A stretch of 63,385 bases of DNA, the filler included, from Octopus bimaculoides (Eukaryota), in assembly GCF_001194135.2 (NCBI RefSeq). It is 6 parts of 5 records of this genome, joined end to end, with 100 filler letters (N's around TTAATTAATTAA, not from the genome) between each part and the next. Parts side by side here need not be neighbours in the genome. Positions count along the whole stretch, not along the records: positions 19,649 to 37,414 come from NC_068986.1; 5 more parts are not named here. The stretch is one strand, 5' to 3'. The notes below the pieces were generated by a model. The model was not told where the DNA came from. It worked only from the letters and a program-made list of their open reading frames with translations, and made no database searches. Shown in pieces: positions 22,666-34,927 of this stretch (position 1 is the stretch's first letter; each line of letters starts with the position of its first letter). A program made the position numbers and the translations under genes.

Positions 22666-23564
22666 GTTCATTGCCTGCTTTAAAAGGCGTTTACGTTGTG
22701 TATACACGTCTGTATTTACGCTTGTGTATGTGTGTACATATATGACAGTGTGTAAGGTTGTGTACGCATTACTGTTCACCTCTGATCGAGCCGAGCTGCA
22801 ATAAAAATGCCTTCCAACCTTGTCTATTGTTTTCCTTGACACAGTCCACCTTGGATTGCATTGTCCCTTCTGTCCTCATTTTCTAAGCCAGTAGGATATG
22901 ATAAAAAAAAAGCCCCACTTGGCTGCTATTTCTGGCAGGTCGAGTGGCCGCAGAGTGACGCTCACACGCCGGCTCCAAATATGAATTTATATTATATGTT
23001 GGTGTTTTTTGTCTGATCAAACATCCACACCCCTTTAATATCGAATTTCACCGATTTCAATTTGGTTTACTTGTAAACCGCAACATTGACCGACCAGCTG
23101 GGGTTGGGAGAGGAAAGCAAATTGAAGATTGTGAATGTAGGGGAAAAATCTATATTGCACCCATGCTGCAACAGAACTATATATATATATATATNNNNNN
23201 NNNNNNNNNNNNNNNNNNNNNNNNNNNNNNNNNNNNNNNNNNNNNNNNNNNNNNNNNNNNNNNNNNNNNNNNNNNNNNNNNNNNNNNNNNNNNNNNNNNN
23301 NNNNNNNNNNNNNNNNNNNNNNNNNNNNNNNNNNNNNNNNNNNNNNNNNNNNNNNNNNNNNNNNNNNNNNNNNNNNNNNNNNNNNNNNNNNNNNNNNNNN
23401 NNNNNNNNNNNNNNNNNNNNNNNNNNNNNNNNNNNNNNNNNNNCCTCTCCTCCAGCTGGCTAACGACACACTGTCTGTGTCTGATTAGTATTTGCGAAGG
23501 GAAATCACCGCTCCCATCTCTAGCCTTACGTTACATACAGACCCGGATTTCTGGGCATATCATC

Positions 23565-23688
23565 ATCATCATCATCATCATCGTTTAACGTCCGCTTTCC
23601 ATGCTAGCATGGGTTGGATGATTTGACTGAGGACTGGTGAACCAGAAGGCTACACCAGGCTCCAATCTGATCTGGCAGTTTCTACAGC
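23565..23688 (-). mobile_element. RTE-3'-tail repeat (family C) with (GAT)n tail
   Basis: catcatcgtttaacgtccgctttccatgctagcatgggttgg matches the 3' end of the RTE at 50440-50640. Confidence 0.8.
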
Positions 23689-23689
23689 T

Positions 23690-23723
<34 letters not shown>

Positions 23724-23788
23724 GTGGAGAGAGAGAGATGGAGAGAAAAAGAGAGAGAGAGAGATGGAGAGAAAGAGAGAGATGAGGG

Positions 23789-23828
<40 letters not shown>

Positions 23829-24489
23829 CGACACTTCAATATTATGGGAAATGGGAATCTGTGGTGTTCAAGCCGCGAAACATACGAAGGAGCTTGTATG
23901 TGGTCGTTCGGCCTGCTGGAAATAGATAAATTTCCTTCAAAATACATCCTACTATCTTCGAAAAGAAAGGACACACTGCGTAATCTAGTCTTTGATATAA
24001 ACTGTCTGAAAAGACGGGATGGTCATGACCGGGATACGGGTCAACATTGGACATGATTCATAAGGAATCATGACCTGACATGGGACTAACAACAGTTCAA
24101 ATATTCTCACAACTCCTGTTCCATTATACACACACACAAATAACCTTTTACTTATTTCAATCATTAGACGGTGGTCATGCTGGGGCACTGCCTCAAAGAA
24201 CTTTTAGTCGAATGAATCAATCCCAGTACTTATGGTACTATTCTAGCAGTTTAGGGGAAGTGAATAAACCAACATCGGCTGTCAAGTGGGGGAGGGACAA
24301 AAATCCACTCACAAGGAATTGGTCGGCCAAATGTTCAACTTGGTTTGACGACCAATAAGTTGACCCCAAATAGTAATGATAGACACGAGATTTTCTCCAT
24401 TTCTCCCCCCCCCCCAAAGTGCTACGTTTATAACCAGCCAATTGTTAATATTATCTGTCTCCAGCTCAACCCTGGTCGAAGACTTCCGC

Positions 24490-24560
24490 AAGAATACGTA
24501 CACCAACCGTTTTCGGCGTAACAAAAGCCCTAACCCTAAACACCGGGTGTACGTATTCTT
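24490..24560. repeat. Short hairpin element with 15 bp perfect IR around CCCTAACCCTAA
   Basis: aagaatacgtacacc (24490-24504) / ggtgtacgtattctt (24546-24560). Confidence 0.75.
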
Positions 24561-25106
24561 CACTTTCGCCCAACCAAAGGCCCTCCAGTCTTTTAGTATT
24601 TTCGAAGAACTCAAAACTACAAAGGTGTTATTAGGGGCAGGCCGATTTAGCTGCTATTTCTAGCATTTCGAGTGACTGCATCGAGGTTCTTCCAGTGGTC
24701 CTCGAGTCCATAACGTTTAAGCAACATGAATATATTAGACTGAGTGAAGAGTATCATATATACACAACACTAAACATACGTGCTTGTGTGTGTGTGTATA
24801 TGATATATATATATATATATATATTGCACAATATGGAGACGAGTTTAATACACGTCTGTGTTTGTCTAAACATATATAGACGCAAATACAAAATTTGTCT
24901 ATGTATGCATATATATACACACACACACACAATAATGAAAATGATTGGTACTTCAAAAAAAAAAAACACACTTAATGTGTTATATACACGCATGTATAAG
25001 TGTATATAATACAAACACAACACCGTACTGTGTATATGAGAGAGAGAGAGAGATTTGGAAAATATGAACATATTCTCATACGTAATCTATAAACATAAAC
25101 ACATCT

Positions 25107-25345
25107 TTCAAAAATAATAATAATAATCTTTTCTATTCTAGGCACAAGGCCCGAAATTTTGGGGTGAGGGTGGGGGCCAGTCGATTAGATCGACGCCAGT
25201 ACACAACTGGTACTTAATTTATCGACCCCCCCCCCACGAAATGATGAAAGGCAAAGTTGACCTCGGGGGAATTTGAACTCAGAACGTAAAGACAGACGAA
25301 ATACTGTTAAGCATTTCGCCCGGCGTGCTAACGATTCTGCCAATA
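25107..25345 (-). mobile_element. tRNA-derived SINE, family B (Deu/Nin-domain-like)
   Basis: Minus strand: ggcagaatcgttagcacgccgggcgaaatgc...gagttcaaattcc...ctttgcctttcatc...gtcgataaattaagtaccag; TTA-repeat tail. Confidence 0.8.
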
Positions 25346-26359
25346 ATAATANNNNNNNNNNCATCGCCAAGAAAGAAATATTCTCACTTCACTACCGACA
25401 ACAATAATACTTGTGCCTTTTTTTATTAATAATAATTGTTTTATGGCCACAATAAACCAGATGTAGGCCATCGTAAGGAGAACTAACACAGCGCTCGATT
25501 GTATAGGTCTATAGGAGGAACACTCGGCACTTTGTGTAAACCCTAAGATTTCTGACAACTCGCCATAATAATTTTGGTACAAAACCAGCAATTTCAGAAG
25601 GATAGAGCAGTCAATTATAACACCCACAATACCTGACTGGTACTTTATTTTACTGATCCCGGAAGGATGAGAGGCAAAAGAAAAACTTGACGGGATATCA
25701 TCTCGGAAAGTAAAAAGGACATCACTACAAATCGGAGAGTGTTTTGTCCCTCACTAACAACGCCCTATACGAAAAAAAAAAGAAAGAAAGAAAAACGACC
25801 GTAATAAGCATGATAATGCAAGCTCAACGAAAAACGGGAGGTGAATGACGCAGTGTTTGATGTAAAATGTGTAGGTGGGGAACAGGATGGAGAGGAGAGA
25901 GTGAAGAAAAATAAAGAAAATCAGTACAAAATGATTGATTAGCAATTCTGATTTCTCTCTTTCTCCCTCATTTTCTCTTTCCCAGCTGTTCGACATCAGA
26001 AGACTGGAAAATAACAGTGGATTTAATGCACAAACAAGTATTTGTCAAGAACACCGAATTTTTTTTATGCGATTGCTACAAACTAGTAGAAATAGAAACT
26101 GAATCTCCCTCAAATCACACACTGCCACCTTAGAAAGGAAAGGCATAACTATGAGAAAAGCTAGCTGAAAAAAATATTGAATGGTCACAACTTGATATTT
26201 TTCCATCATAAATCTATTAAATTAAAAGCTAACATGTAGCAGGAAAAAAAAATGAATTCACAACATTGGCAAATAGCAACCAACCAATGAATTTATCGAC
26301 AAATAGCCTAAAAATTATAAAATTAATATGAAACAATTTTACGAAAAATACAACACGAC

Positions 26360-26690
26360 GGTAACCTGGCACTTCGTCGCTTACGACGGCGAGGGTCCCA
26401 GTTGATCCAATCAACGGAACAGCCTGTTCGTGAAATTAACATGCAAGTGGCTGAGAATTGTACACACACACAGACACACACACGCACGCGCGCGCGTGCC
26501 CTTACCGTAGTCCTCGGGAAGATTCAGCGTGAAACAGAATGTGATAAGGCTGGCCCTTTGAAATATAGGTCCAACTCATTTTTGCCAGCTGAGTGAACTG
26601 GAGCAAAGTGAAAATAAAGTGTCTGGCGGGAATCGAACTTACGGTCATGAGCTGAATCCCTAACCACTAAGCCACGTGCTTTCACATCAG
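26360..26690 (-). mobile_element. tRNA-derived SINE, family D
   Basis: Minus-strand head with gtaagttcgattcc B-box-like motif, followed by ...ctccagttcactcagctggcaaaaatgag body. Confidence 0.7.
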
Positions 26691-26753
26691 CAGCAACTAA
26701 AAATACATATAGATACACAACACATTTCTATAGATGTGACCGAGTTTATATTA

Positions 26754-27136
26754 TACTCTTTTACTTGTTTCAGTCATTTGACTGCGGCCATGCTGGAGCA
26801 CCGCACTTAGTCGAGGAAATCGACCCCAGGACTTATTCTTTGTAAGCCTAGTACTTATTCTATTGGTCTCTTTTTGCCGAACCGCTAAGTTACGGGGACG
26901 TAAACACACCAGCATCGGTTGTCAAGCGATGCTGGGGGGACAAATACAGACACAAATATATATACATATATACGACGGGCTTCTTTCAGTTTCCGTCTAC
27001 CAAATCCACTCACAAGGCTTTGGTTGTGCCGAGGCTATAGTAGAAGACACTTGCCCAAGGTGCCACACAGTGGGGCTGAACCCGGAACCATGTGGTTGGT
27101 AAGCAAGCTACTTACCACACAGCCACTCCTGCGCCT
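26754..27136 (-). mobile_element. SINE family A, full length
   Basis: Colinear with 20484-20881. Confidence 0.88.
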
Positions 27137-27189
27137 ACACTATAAATAGCTATAAGCTACTAATCTCTTCTGGGACATTAGATGGCTAT

Positions 27190-27235
27190 TCTTTCTCTGA
27201 AGAAAGCCTAAGAAGACTAGAAACTAGTCAAATTG
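27190..27235 (+). ncRNA. Degenerate hammerhead-like motif
   Basis: CTGAAGA (27197), imperfect stem II agcc...gact, GAAA, palindromic ACTAGT, GUC triplet. Stem I pairs poorly. Confidence 0.45.
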
Positions 27236-27856
27236 ATCTCACTCTTTCTGCTCACAAAGAAATAAATTTGTTTACTTTTCACAGCAATGTAAAAAGCACC
27301 CATACTGGTGCCACATACAAAGCACCCAATTACTTTGCAAAGTGGTTGGCATTAGGAAGGGCACCCAGCTAGGGAAAACAATGCCAAAACAAACAATTGG
27401 ACGGTTTGACTAGAGCTGGTAAGCAGGAGAGCTACACCAGACTTACATCTGATTTAGCATGGTTTTTATGGCTGGATGCCCTTCCGAACACAAACCTCTT
27501 TACATACTTCTGTATAATATATATCCGCCAATTTCACTCAGCCTGAGGATATAGAAAAAAAGTCACTTGCCCAAGGTACCATGCACGTGGGGGTGTGGCC
27601 CCAAACCACCTGGTTCCAAAGCAAAAATTCTTTAATACACAGTAATGCTTTTGTCTAACAAAAATAAACTTAGTGCTGCTTTACAGCCTCAAGAATATCC
27701 TTTATGTATCACACAACAAGGTGTACATTTACAATCTGCATCAACATGTATATGTGTGTGTGAAACTATATACAGAGGTACATGAAAAAATTTGAATCAC
27801 CATGTGGAGTTCCACCAAACACATTAGTATCTGCAAGAGTTAGGGTTAGGTTAGTG

Positions 27857-28645
27857 AGGCAGCGAGCTGGCAGAAACGTTAGCGTGTCGGGCGAAATGCT
27901 TAGTGGTATTTCGTCTGCCGTTACGTTCTGAGTTCAAATTCCGTCGAGGTCGACTTTGCCATTCATCCTTTCGGGATCGATAAATTAAGTACCAGTTACG
28001 CACTGGGGCCCGATGTAATTGACTTAATCCCTTTGTCTGTCCTTGTTTGTCCCCTCTATGTTTAGCCCCTTGTTGGCAATAAAGAAATAAGTATNNNNNN
28101 NNNNNNNNNNNNNNNNNNNNNNNNNNNNNNNNNNNNNNNNNNNNNNNNNNNNNNNNNNNNNNNNNNNNNNNNNNNNNNNNNNNNNNNNNNNNNNNNNNNN
28201 NNNNNNNNNNNNNNNNNNNNNNNNNNNNNNNNNNNNNNNNNNNNNNNNNNNNNNNNNNNNNNNNNNNNNNNNNNNNNNNNNNNNNNNNNNNNNNNNNNNN
28301 NNNNNNNNNNNNNNNNNNNNNNNNNNNNNNCATCCTTTCGGGATCGATAAATTAAGTACCAGTTACGCACTGGGGCCCGATGTAATTGACTTAATCCCTT
28401 TGTCTGTCCTTGTTTGTTCCCTCTATGTTTAGCCCCTTGTGGGCAATAACGAAATAGGTATTTCGTCTGCTGTTACGTTCTGAGTTCAAATTCCGTCGAG
28501 GTCGACTTTGCCATTCATCCTTTCGGGATCGATAAATTAAGTACCAGTTACGCACTGGGGCCCGATGTAATTGACTTAATCCCTTTGTCTGTCCTTGTTT
28601 GTCCCCTCTATGTTTAGCCCCTTGTTGGCAATAAAGAAATAAGTA
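27857..28645 (+). mobile_element. SINE family B with its body tandemly repeated (185 bp period, probably 4 units)
   Basis: Unit gtatttcgtctgc...ggcaataaagaaataa at 27906-28090 and 28458-28642, with a partial unit at 28331-28457. The N gap fits two units between 28091 and 28458. Confidence 0.85.
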
Positions 28646-29269
28646 TATGCAAGAGTATATATGCATGTGTGTACAGAAGCCTACATGTGTAAGGGTACAT
28701 GTGTGAAAATCAGAAACACAAACCTATTCAGCACAACACAGAATAAAGAGAAGAGAGAGAGAGAGAGAGAGAGAGGGGAAAAATACAAAGCATGGGGGTG
28801 GGGATGGATAGAAAGCAATATGGGAAAGAGGAAAAAAGAGACAGAGACAGAGAGAAGGCCAGATGGGAGAGTAAGGAAATGTCATGAACATATAAGAGAG
28901 TAAATTTTCCCATTATTAACCACAAAATAAATCTAAACAACATTTTTGGTCAGTAATTAGCCAAGATGTTCCAACTGCAATGAACCTGTCCCTTATCCAA
29001 GCACAGCAAACACTGGACTCCAGTATACATATTCATAGTATAGTTTCTTTATTCAAGATGGTAGGGTGTGGTTTGAAGGTGATTTTGCAGCTGTTTGTGA
29101 CAGGTGGAATATCCAGACTACATAATGACTTCCTTTGAGGCTTAAGTATTTTAGCAAACAAACAGCATGGAAAAAAAACGGACATAATTATTATATATAT
29201 GCTCAATTTCTTTTCAGAACTATCAACAACTTAAACATACGGTAATGTAACACACACACACATATGACC

Positions 29270-29493
29270 TCACTAGTGCTTGTGTCACGTAAAAAGCACT
29301 ACTGACCACACCTTGTGCCGCGTAACAAGCACTAAGTCCACTCTGAGTGGTTGGTGTTAGGAAGGGCATCCAGCTGTAAAAATCCTGCCAAAACACTCAC
29401 AGAAGTCTGGTGCAGGCTTCTACCTGGCCAGCTCTTGTGAAACTGTACCACCCATGCTAGCATGGAAGGTGGACATTAAACAATGATGATGAT
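29270..29493 (+). mobile_element. RTE-3'-tail repeat (family C)
   Basis: gagtggttggtgttaggaagggcatccagctgta...catgctagcatggaaggtggacattaaacaatgatgat. Confidence 0.75.
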
Positions 29494-29844
29494 ATAGAAT
29501 TTTAAAGGCTCAGAGGAAGCAGCTACAAGGTGATGCACAAGCACTCAACTGAGCACACTGCTTCTTATAACAGAAACAGCTGTAAGCCAATGAAGTTGAT
29601 TACATAATTCCTATTTCCTTGTTCTGTTAATTCATATACACACACGCACAAGACTTAAGTTTCTAACAAACTTCACTAATACAAGGTTCACATTCAGAAT
29701 GCAGCACTTTGCATAAATGTGTTCTATAGCTTTATGTTGACCGATATTTTGTGAGCAGAAGTAAGTAGATGGTAACTGAGCATGAATGCACATGTGTGTG
29801 TATATATATGTGCATAAGTGGGTAAGCCAAAAATTACACATAAG

Positions 29845-30128
29845 AGCGAGCGAGGTCGTTGCCAGTGCCACTGGACTGGCTCCTGTGCAAGTGGCACGTA
29901 AAAAACATTATTTTGAGCGTGGCTGTTGCCAGTACCGCCTGACTGGCCCTTGTGCTGGTGGCACGTAAAAGCACCCACTACACTCTCTGAGTGGTTGGCA
30001 TTATGAAGGGCATCCAGCTGTAGAAACTCTGCCAGATCAGATTGGAGCCTGGTGCAGCCATCTGGTTCGCCAGTCCTCAGTCAAATCATCCAACCCATGC
30101 TAGCATGGAAAGCGGATGTTAAACGATG
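29845..30128 (+). mobile_element. RTE-3'-tail repeat / SINE family C, long form
   Basis: Duplicated gccagt...gtggcacgtaaaa modules followed by the common tail ending aaacgatgat. Confidence 0.8.
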
Positions 30129-31386
30129 ATGAGGGTAAGTCAAAAAATATAATAAGCACTCTTGTTTCTGTAATTTATTAAAACCAAAGCAGAGGTTGAA
30201 CAATTACATCGTTTTTCAACACAGTCTCCCTGGTTTTTGATGCACTTCTTCCAGCAGTTCACAAGCTCGCTTATTCCTTGAGAGAAGAAGGTTTTCATCT
30301 GATCAAGCAGCCATTTATGCACTGCTTCCTGCACTTTTTCATCCACAGCAAAACTTTTGACCTTATAAAGGCTGTTGAGTGCACCAAAATAAAATGATAG
30401 TCAGAAGGGGTGAGATCTGGACTGTATGCAGGGAGTTCTAGCAATTTGAAACACAATTTTGCAATGGTTTCAACAGTGTGAGAGGCCATATGTGAGCATG
30501 CATTGTCAAGCAGTTAATTACACTTGGCAATAGACCTCTGTGTATGGTGTCAACTGCTGGTTTCAGTTTGTTGGCAAACATTTTACTGTAGCCTACACCG
30601 GTGCCTGAAGACACATTTTTCAGATAAGGTTCTAGTATAGCCCAAGAAATGGTTAGCATTACTTTTTCTGTATATGGTTTAGTCTTGAATTATATATATT
30701 TATTTTTTGCTTGCAATTTCAGGTGTTTCCACCCCATACTCTGCCGTTTAGATTCTGACTCAAAGTGATGGGCCTAGGTCTCATCTCTTGTGATTGTTCT
30801 CTCAAAAAAAAAAAAAAAACTTCACCTTCATCATTGTAGAGTTTGAGTAGGTGTCGACACATCTCCACATGATTGTGCTTATGCACTCTGATAAGCTCTC
30901 TTGGCATCCAGCTCACAAAGACTCAATGCTAGCTTATCATGAATGATTACGTATGCTGAACCATGACTAATCTGCAAGGAACATGTTACTTCATCGACAG
31001 TCACGCATCAGTTCACTAGAACCTCCTCTTGAGCTTGTTGAATCTCCATATCCAGTGGTGGCACTTGATTGGCATCCTGCTCCCCCTTCATGCTTCTGTT
31101 AAACTACTTGATCCACTCATACGCACTTCCAAGAGGCAGCACACTGAAAGCCTGCAAGCCCCTGACACACATCCAGATCAGAGAAATCTGATCACTAATC
31201 TCTGGTCGTCCTTGGTGCATACTGCCAGCCAAGTGGCCATGCTTACTCTGTAAAACAAGGAAGAAAGCTGAAGAGATCAAGGTCAAACTTTGGTTATGTA
31301 ACCACAAGAGCACCACCATTTAGCATGCAAGCACCACAGGTAGTGTGGCCAACCTAAAGTGTGTATAATTTTTTACCTCCCCTTGT
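30129..31386 (-). mobile_element. Full-length decayed mariner transposon (~1.26 kb)
   Basis: Fragments WMPRELIRVHKHNHVEMC, PAYSPDLTPSDY, FFSQGISELVNCWKKCIKNQGDCVEK. Imperfect TIRs gagggtaagtcaaaaaatat / ataattttttacctcccc. Confidence 0.85.
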
Positions 31387-31499
31387 GTGTGTGTGTGTGT
31401 GTGTGTCTCCTTGTGTTGACTTTGTGCAATAGTTTCAAATGAGTATCAGTAATACAGTGTTGTTGGCATGAGTATGTGTGTGTGTGTATATATATATAT

Positions 31500-31690
31500 A
31501 TCATCATCATCATCATCATCATCGTTTAACGTCCGCTTTCCATGCTAGCATGGGTTGGACGATTTGACTGAGGACTGGTGAAACCGGATGGCAACACCAG
31601 GCTCCAATCTAATTTGGCAGAGTTTCTACAGCTGGATGCCCTTCCTTACGCCAACCACTCAGAGAGTGTAGTGGGTGCTTTTACGTGTCA
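31500..31690 (-). mobile_element. RTE-3'-tail repeat (family C)
   Basis: Matches 29975-30128 in reverse complement; (CAT)n tail. Confidence 0.85.
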
Positions 31691-32125
31691 GCTATTTCCA
31701 GCCATGGTAGCATGGAAGATGGACGTTAAACGATGATGCTGATATACACAACCACATACACGTGTATGTATGAATATATNNNNNNNNNNNNNNNNNNNNN
31801 NNNNNNNNNNNNNNNNNNNNNNNNNNNNNNNNNNNNNNNNNNNNNNNNNNNNNNNNNNNNNNNNNNNNNNNNNNNNNNNNNNNNNNNNNNNNNNNNNNNN
31901 NNNNNNNNNNNNNNNNNNNNNNNNNNNNNNNNNNNNNNNNNNNNNNNNNNNNNNNNNNNNNNNNNNNNNNNNNNNNNNNNNNNNNNNNNNNNNNNNNNNN
32001 NNNNNNNNNNNNNNNNNNNNNNNNNNNNNNNNNNNNNNNNNNNNNNNNNNNNNNNNNNNNNNNNNNNNNNNNNNNNNNNNNNNNNNNNNNNNNNNNNNNN
32101 NNNNNNNNNNNNNNNNNNNNNNNNG

Positions 32126-32312
32126 GCCCTCATACCGGTGGCACGTAAAAAGCACCCACTACACTCTCGGAGTGGCTGGCATTAAGAAGGGCATCCAGCT
32201 GTAGAAACTCTGCCAGATCAGATTGGAGTCTGGTGTAGCCGTCTGGTTTGCCAGTCCTCAGTCAAACCATCCAACCCATGCTAGCATGGAAAGCGGACGT
32301 ATGATGATGATG
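32126..32312 (+). mobile_element. RTE-3'-tail repeat (family C)
   Basis: ccggtggcacgtaaaaagcacccactacactctcggagtgg...gcggacgtatgatgatgat. Confidence 0.85.
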
Positions 32313-32314
32313 AT

Positions 32315-32740
32315 TAAGAACTCCATGATATTATGAACTGAGAAAGCAGGACTTATTTCAATGTTGTGTACTAGGTCAGTGTTGTTGGTGAGTATAACAT
32401 CTAATGCATTACATACGGTATTATATAGTTGTGTTGTTACAAGTTGGCGCAAAAAGGCATTTTTTATGGTGGAAATTAACACCAATATTTCTGTTGTATT
32501 TAGAAGTGTCCAGGTTTAATGCACTCCAAAGACCACTTTATTCTTGGTCAGTTGAGATCACTCAAAAATATGTTATGAAGTGTCAGCTTCTCCAAGTACC
32601 ATTTGTATATTTGTCAGATACTCTTCAAAGCAGTTACGATGGGAAACTATCAGGAGATCTATGACATCATAGGTTGTTCTCTATCACATGAACAATCAGT
32701 AATTCACACACCCAACACAATACTCTAGCAGTTAAATTTC
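32315..32740 (-). mobile_element. Decayed APE endonuclease fragment of a CR1/L2-like LINE
   Basis: NALDVILTNNTDLVHNIEISPAFSVHNIMEF resembles the LDL-x-TN...SDHN C-terminal APE motifs. Confidence 0.55.
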
Positions 32741-33407
32741 CCCAACCATTCCTACTAGATCAACATCATCATCATCGTTAAACGTCCGCTTTCCATGCTG
32801 GCATGGGTTGGACGATTTGACTGAGGACTGGTGAAACCAGATGACTACACCAGGCTCCAATCTGATCTGGCAGAGCTGTGTTGTAAGAAATTTGCTTCTC
32901 AAGCACATGGCTCCAAGTTGAGTTGCACTGTGTAACACCATGGGCAAGCATCTGCTATAGCCCTAGATAAACCAAAGCCTTGGGAGTAGATATGGTAGAG
33001 GGAAACTAAAAGAAGCTCATTGAGTGTGTCCTTGTCTTGACATTGTATGATAGTTGTAAATGAGTGTCACTGTCATGCAGGCAGTGTTGTTCGTTTCAAA
33101 CATTCAGTGAGAATATGTTTGGTCAGAGAGAAACATTACCTTGCCTGGAAACAGGTGAGGGTTGGTGACAGGAAAGGCATGTGACTATAGAAAATCATTT
33201 CCAAATTCATTTCTAAACTACATTTGTTCTCATTTGCTTAGATTATTGCTCCCAACTGAGGCCATCACAAAATGTCATATTAATAGTGTAATTTGAGGTA
33301 ATTCAATGTCACTACACAAAGAAGATTGACTCAGAACAACAGATGAGTTACTGGGAGGGCTTAAGGAACTGAGATTCTACTCCCAAGAGAAAAAGACACA
33401 AAAGATA

Positions 33408-33588
33408 TGTGCCGGTGGCACGGAGAAGCACCCATTCTACTCTCGGAGTGGTTGGCGTTAGGAAGGGCATCCAGCTGTAGAAAACCATGCCAAATCAGAC
33501 TGGAGTTTGGTGCAGCCTTCTGGCTTACCAGTCTTGGTCAATCAGTCCAACCCATGCCAGCATGGACAATGGACGTTAAATGACGATG

Positions 33589-33592
<4 letters not shown>
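33408..33592 (+). mobile_element. RTE-3'-tail repeat (family C)
   Basis: Same tail family, ending aaatgacgatgat. Confidence 0.8.
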
Positions 33593-33633
<41 letters not shown>

Positions 33634-33904
33634 GAACGCAGGACATTTAGCTCCCAACTTTGAGGTTGAAGTCTGCACCAATCACTGAAATGGCTGCTAT
33701 TGTATAACACCAAAGATCTCATCTGCTTCATTTAAGAGAAAGAACCATCATGGTATCAACTTAAGTTTCAAGGACCCACAACTTTTCAACATTCTGCCGA
33801 ACAATCACACCCACTCCTAAAATAAATATAAGATAAAAAAAAAATTGTCATCTTTTATTATATACATTATATATATTGTTTCCGGTATGAATATTACTAA
33901 GAAA

Positions 33905-34880
33905 TATTACTGGTCCCTGGCACATTGGAACCTACAATGCCAAGTGCATCCACTGGCTAACCCACACACACTGCTTACACAAGGTGCATGAGAGATCATG
34001 CTGAACACCACATTGGTAGATAAAGGCACCTCTGTGACCATACTTGTGGTTGCACAGGCTTGCCTTTGAGAAACAGACTCAACCACATTAGTCACATGAA
34101 AGAGACACTTTTGTACCCTTCACAGAAAGAGGGTTCACATCCTCAATACATTTACCAACAGTGCAACCCTATTGTTCTCAAATTCTTTAATACACACAGT
34201 GATCTGGTTCCTCCACAGCTCCCTATCTGATGCAAGACCATCCCAGCTGTTAGTATCAATGGTCTTTTTTTTTTTTAAGTGTGTCCTTAAGACTGTCTTT
34301 GGAATACTTGTATGGCTTCCACAAGACATTTTCCTTGCTCCAGCTTATCATACAACACCTGTTTTGGCATGTGGGTGTCCTCTAAAACAGACAAGATGAC
34401 CAGGCCATCTATGTTGATGCTTCATAATCATACTCAACACACGTCATTTTCGTTAGCTGCAATAATCTTCTATCAGGTACAAGAGATCAGCTTGAGATTT
34501 TCAAAATACTATGCAAGTATCACTGGTGGACTCACTCAAAATATAGAACATGCCTGCAACAGGTTGTCCAGATTTTGCAGCCATACAACAGCACTGTTAA
34601 GAGACATACTTGAGAAACCGCTGCTTTGATGTCCAGTTGTGATTAGAGTCTCGACTCAAGCCAGATGCATCACAGGCCTTAGAAAGTCTGTTACTGACCT
34701 CCTCATCAAGTGTGCTACCAAGGTAAACATATCCATGACTTCACCCTTGACATGTATCGATGGCTTGTTGGTTGGAGCATGACTACAATTGTCTTAGAAC
34801 TGACTGTAAAGTCAAATTCAAACTCATTACACACAGCTGAAAAGCAGTCCATCAGAAGCTACAAGTACTCCTCAATGTGA
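33905..34880 (-). mobile_element. Decayed RTE (BovB-like) LINE, 3' portion
   Basis: Frameshifted: FTYLGSTL..., LTVLLYGCKIWT, KHQHRWPGHLV, KQVLYDKLEQGK, KDSLKDT, SWDGLASDRELWRNQI. Confidence 0.75.
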
Positions 34881-34927
34881 ATTAACATACTGAAAACAAC
34901 ATATATGTATAAACACACACATATACA

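Noticed and set aside
25986-26037. Possible 52 nt exon after a strong polypyrimidine/AG
   Set aside because: The pyrimidine tract is simple-repeat-like, the donor (gtattt) is weak and no partner exons were identified.
27857-28645. CRISPR-like or tRNA gene array
   Set aside because: Units are 185 bp SINE bodies without unique spacers; SINE heads have only tRNA-like A/B boxes and no full cloverleaf.
31565-31585. CTGAGGA-ctggt-GAAAC in family C repeats as a hammerhead
   Set aside because: No stem II can form; the motif is just part of the RTE tail.
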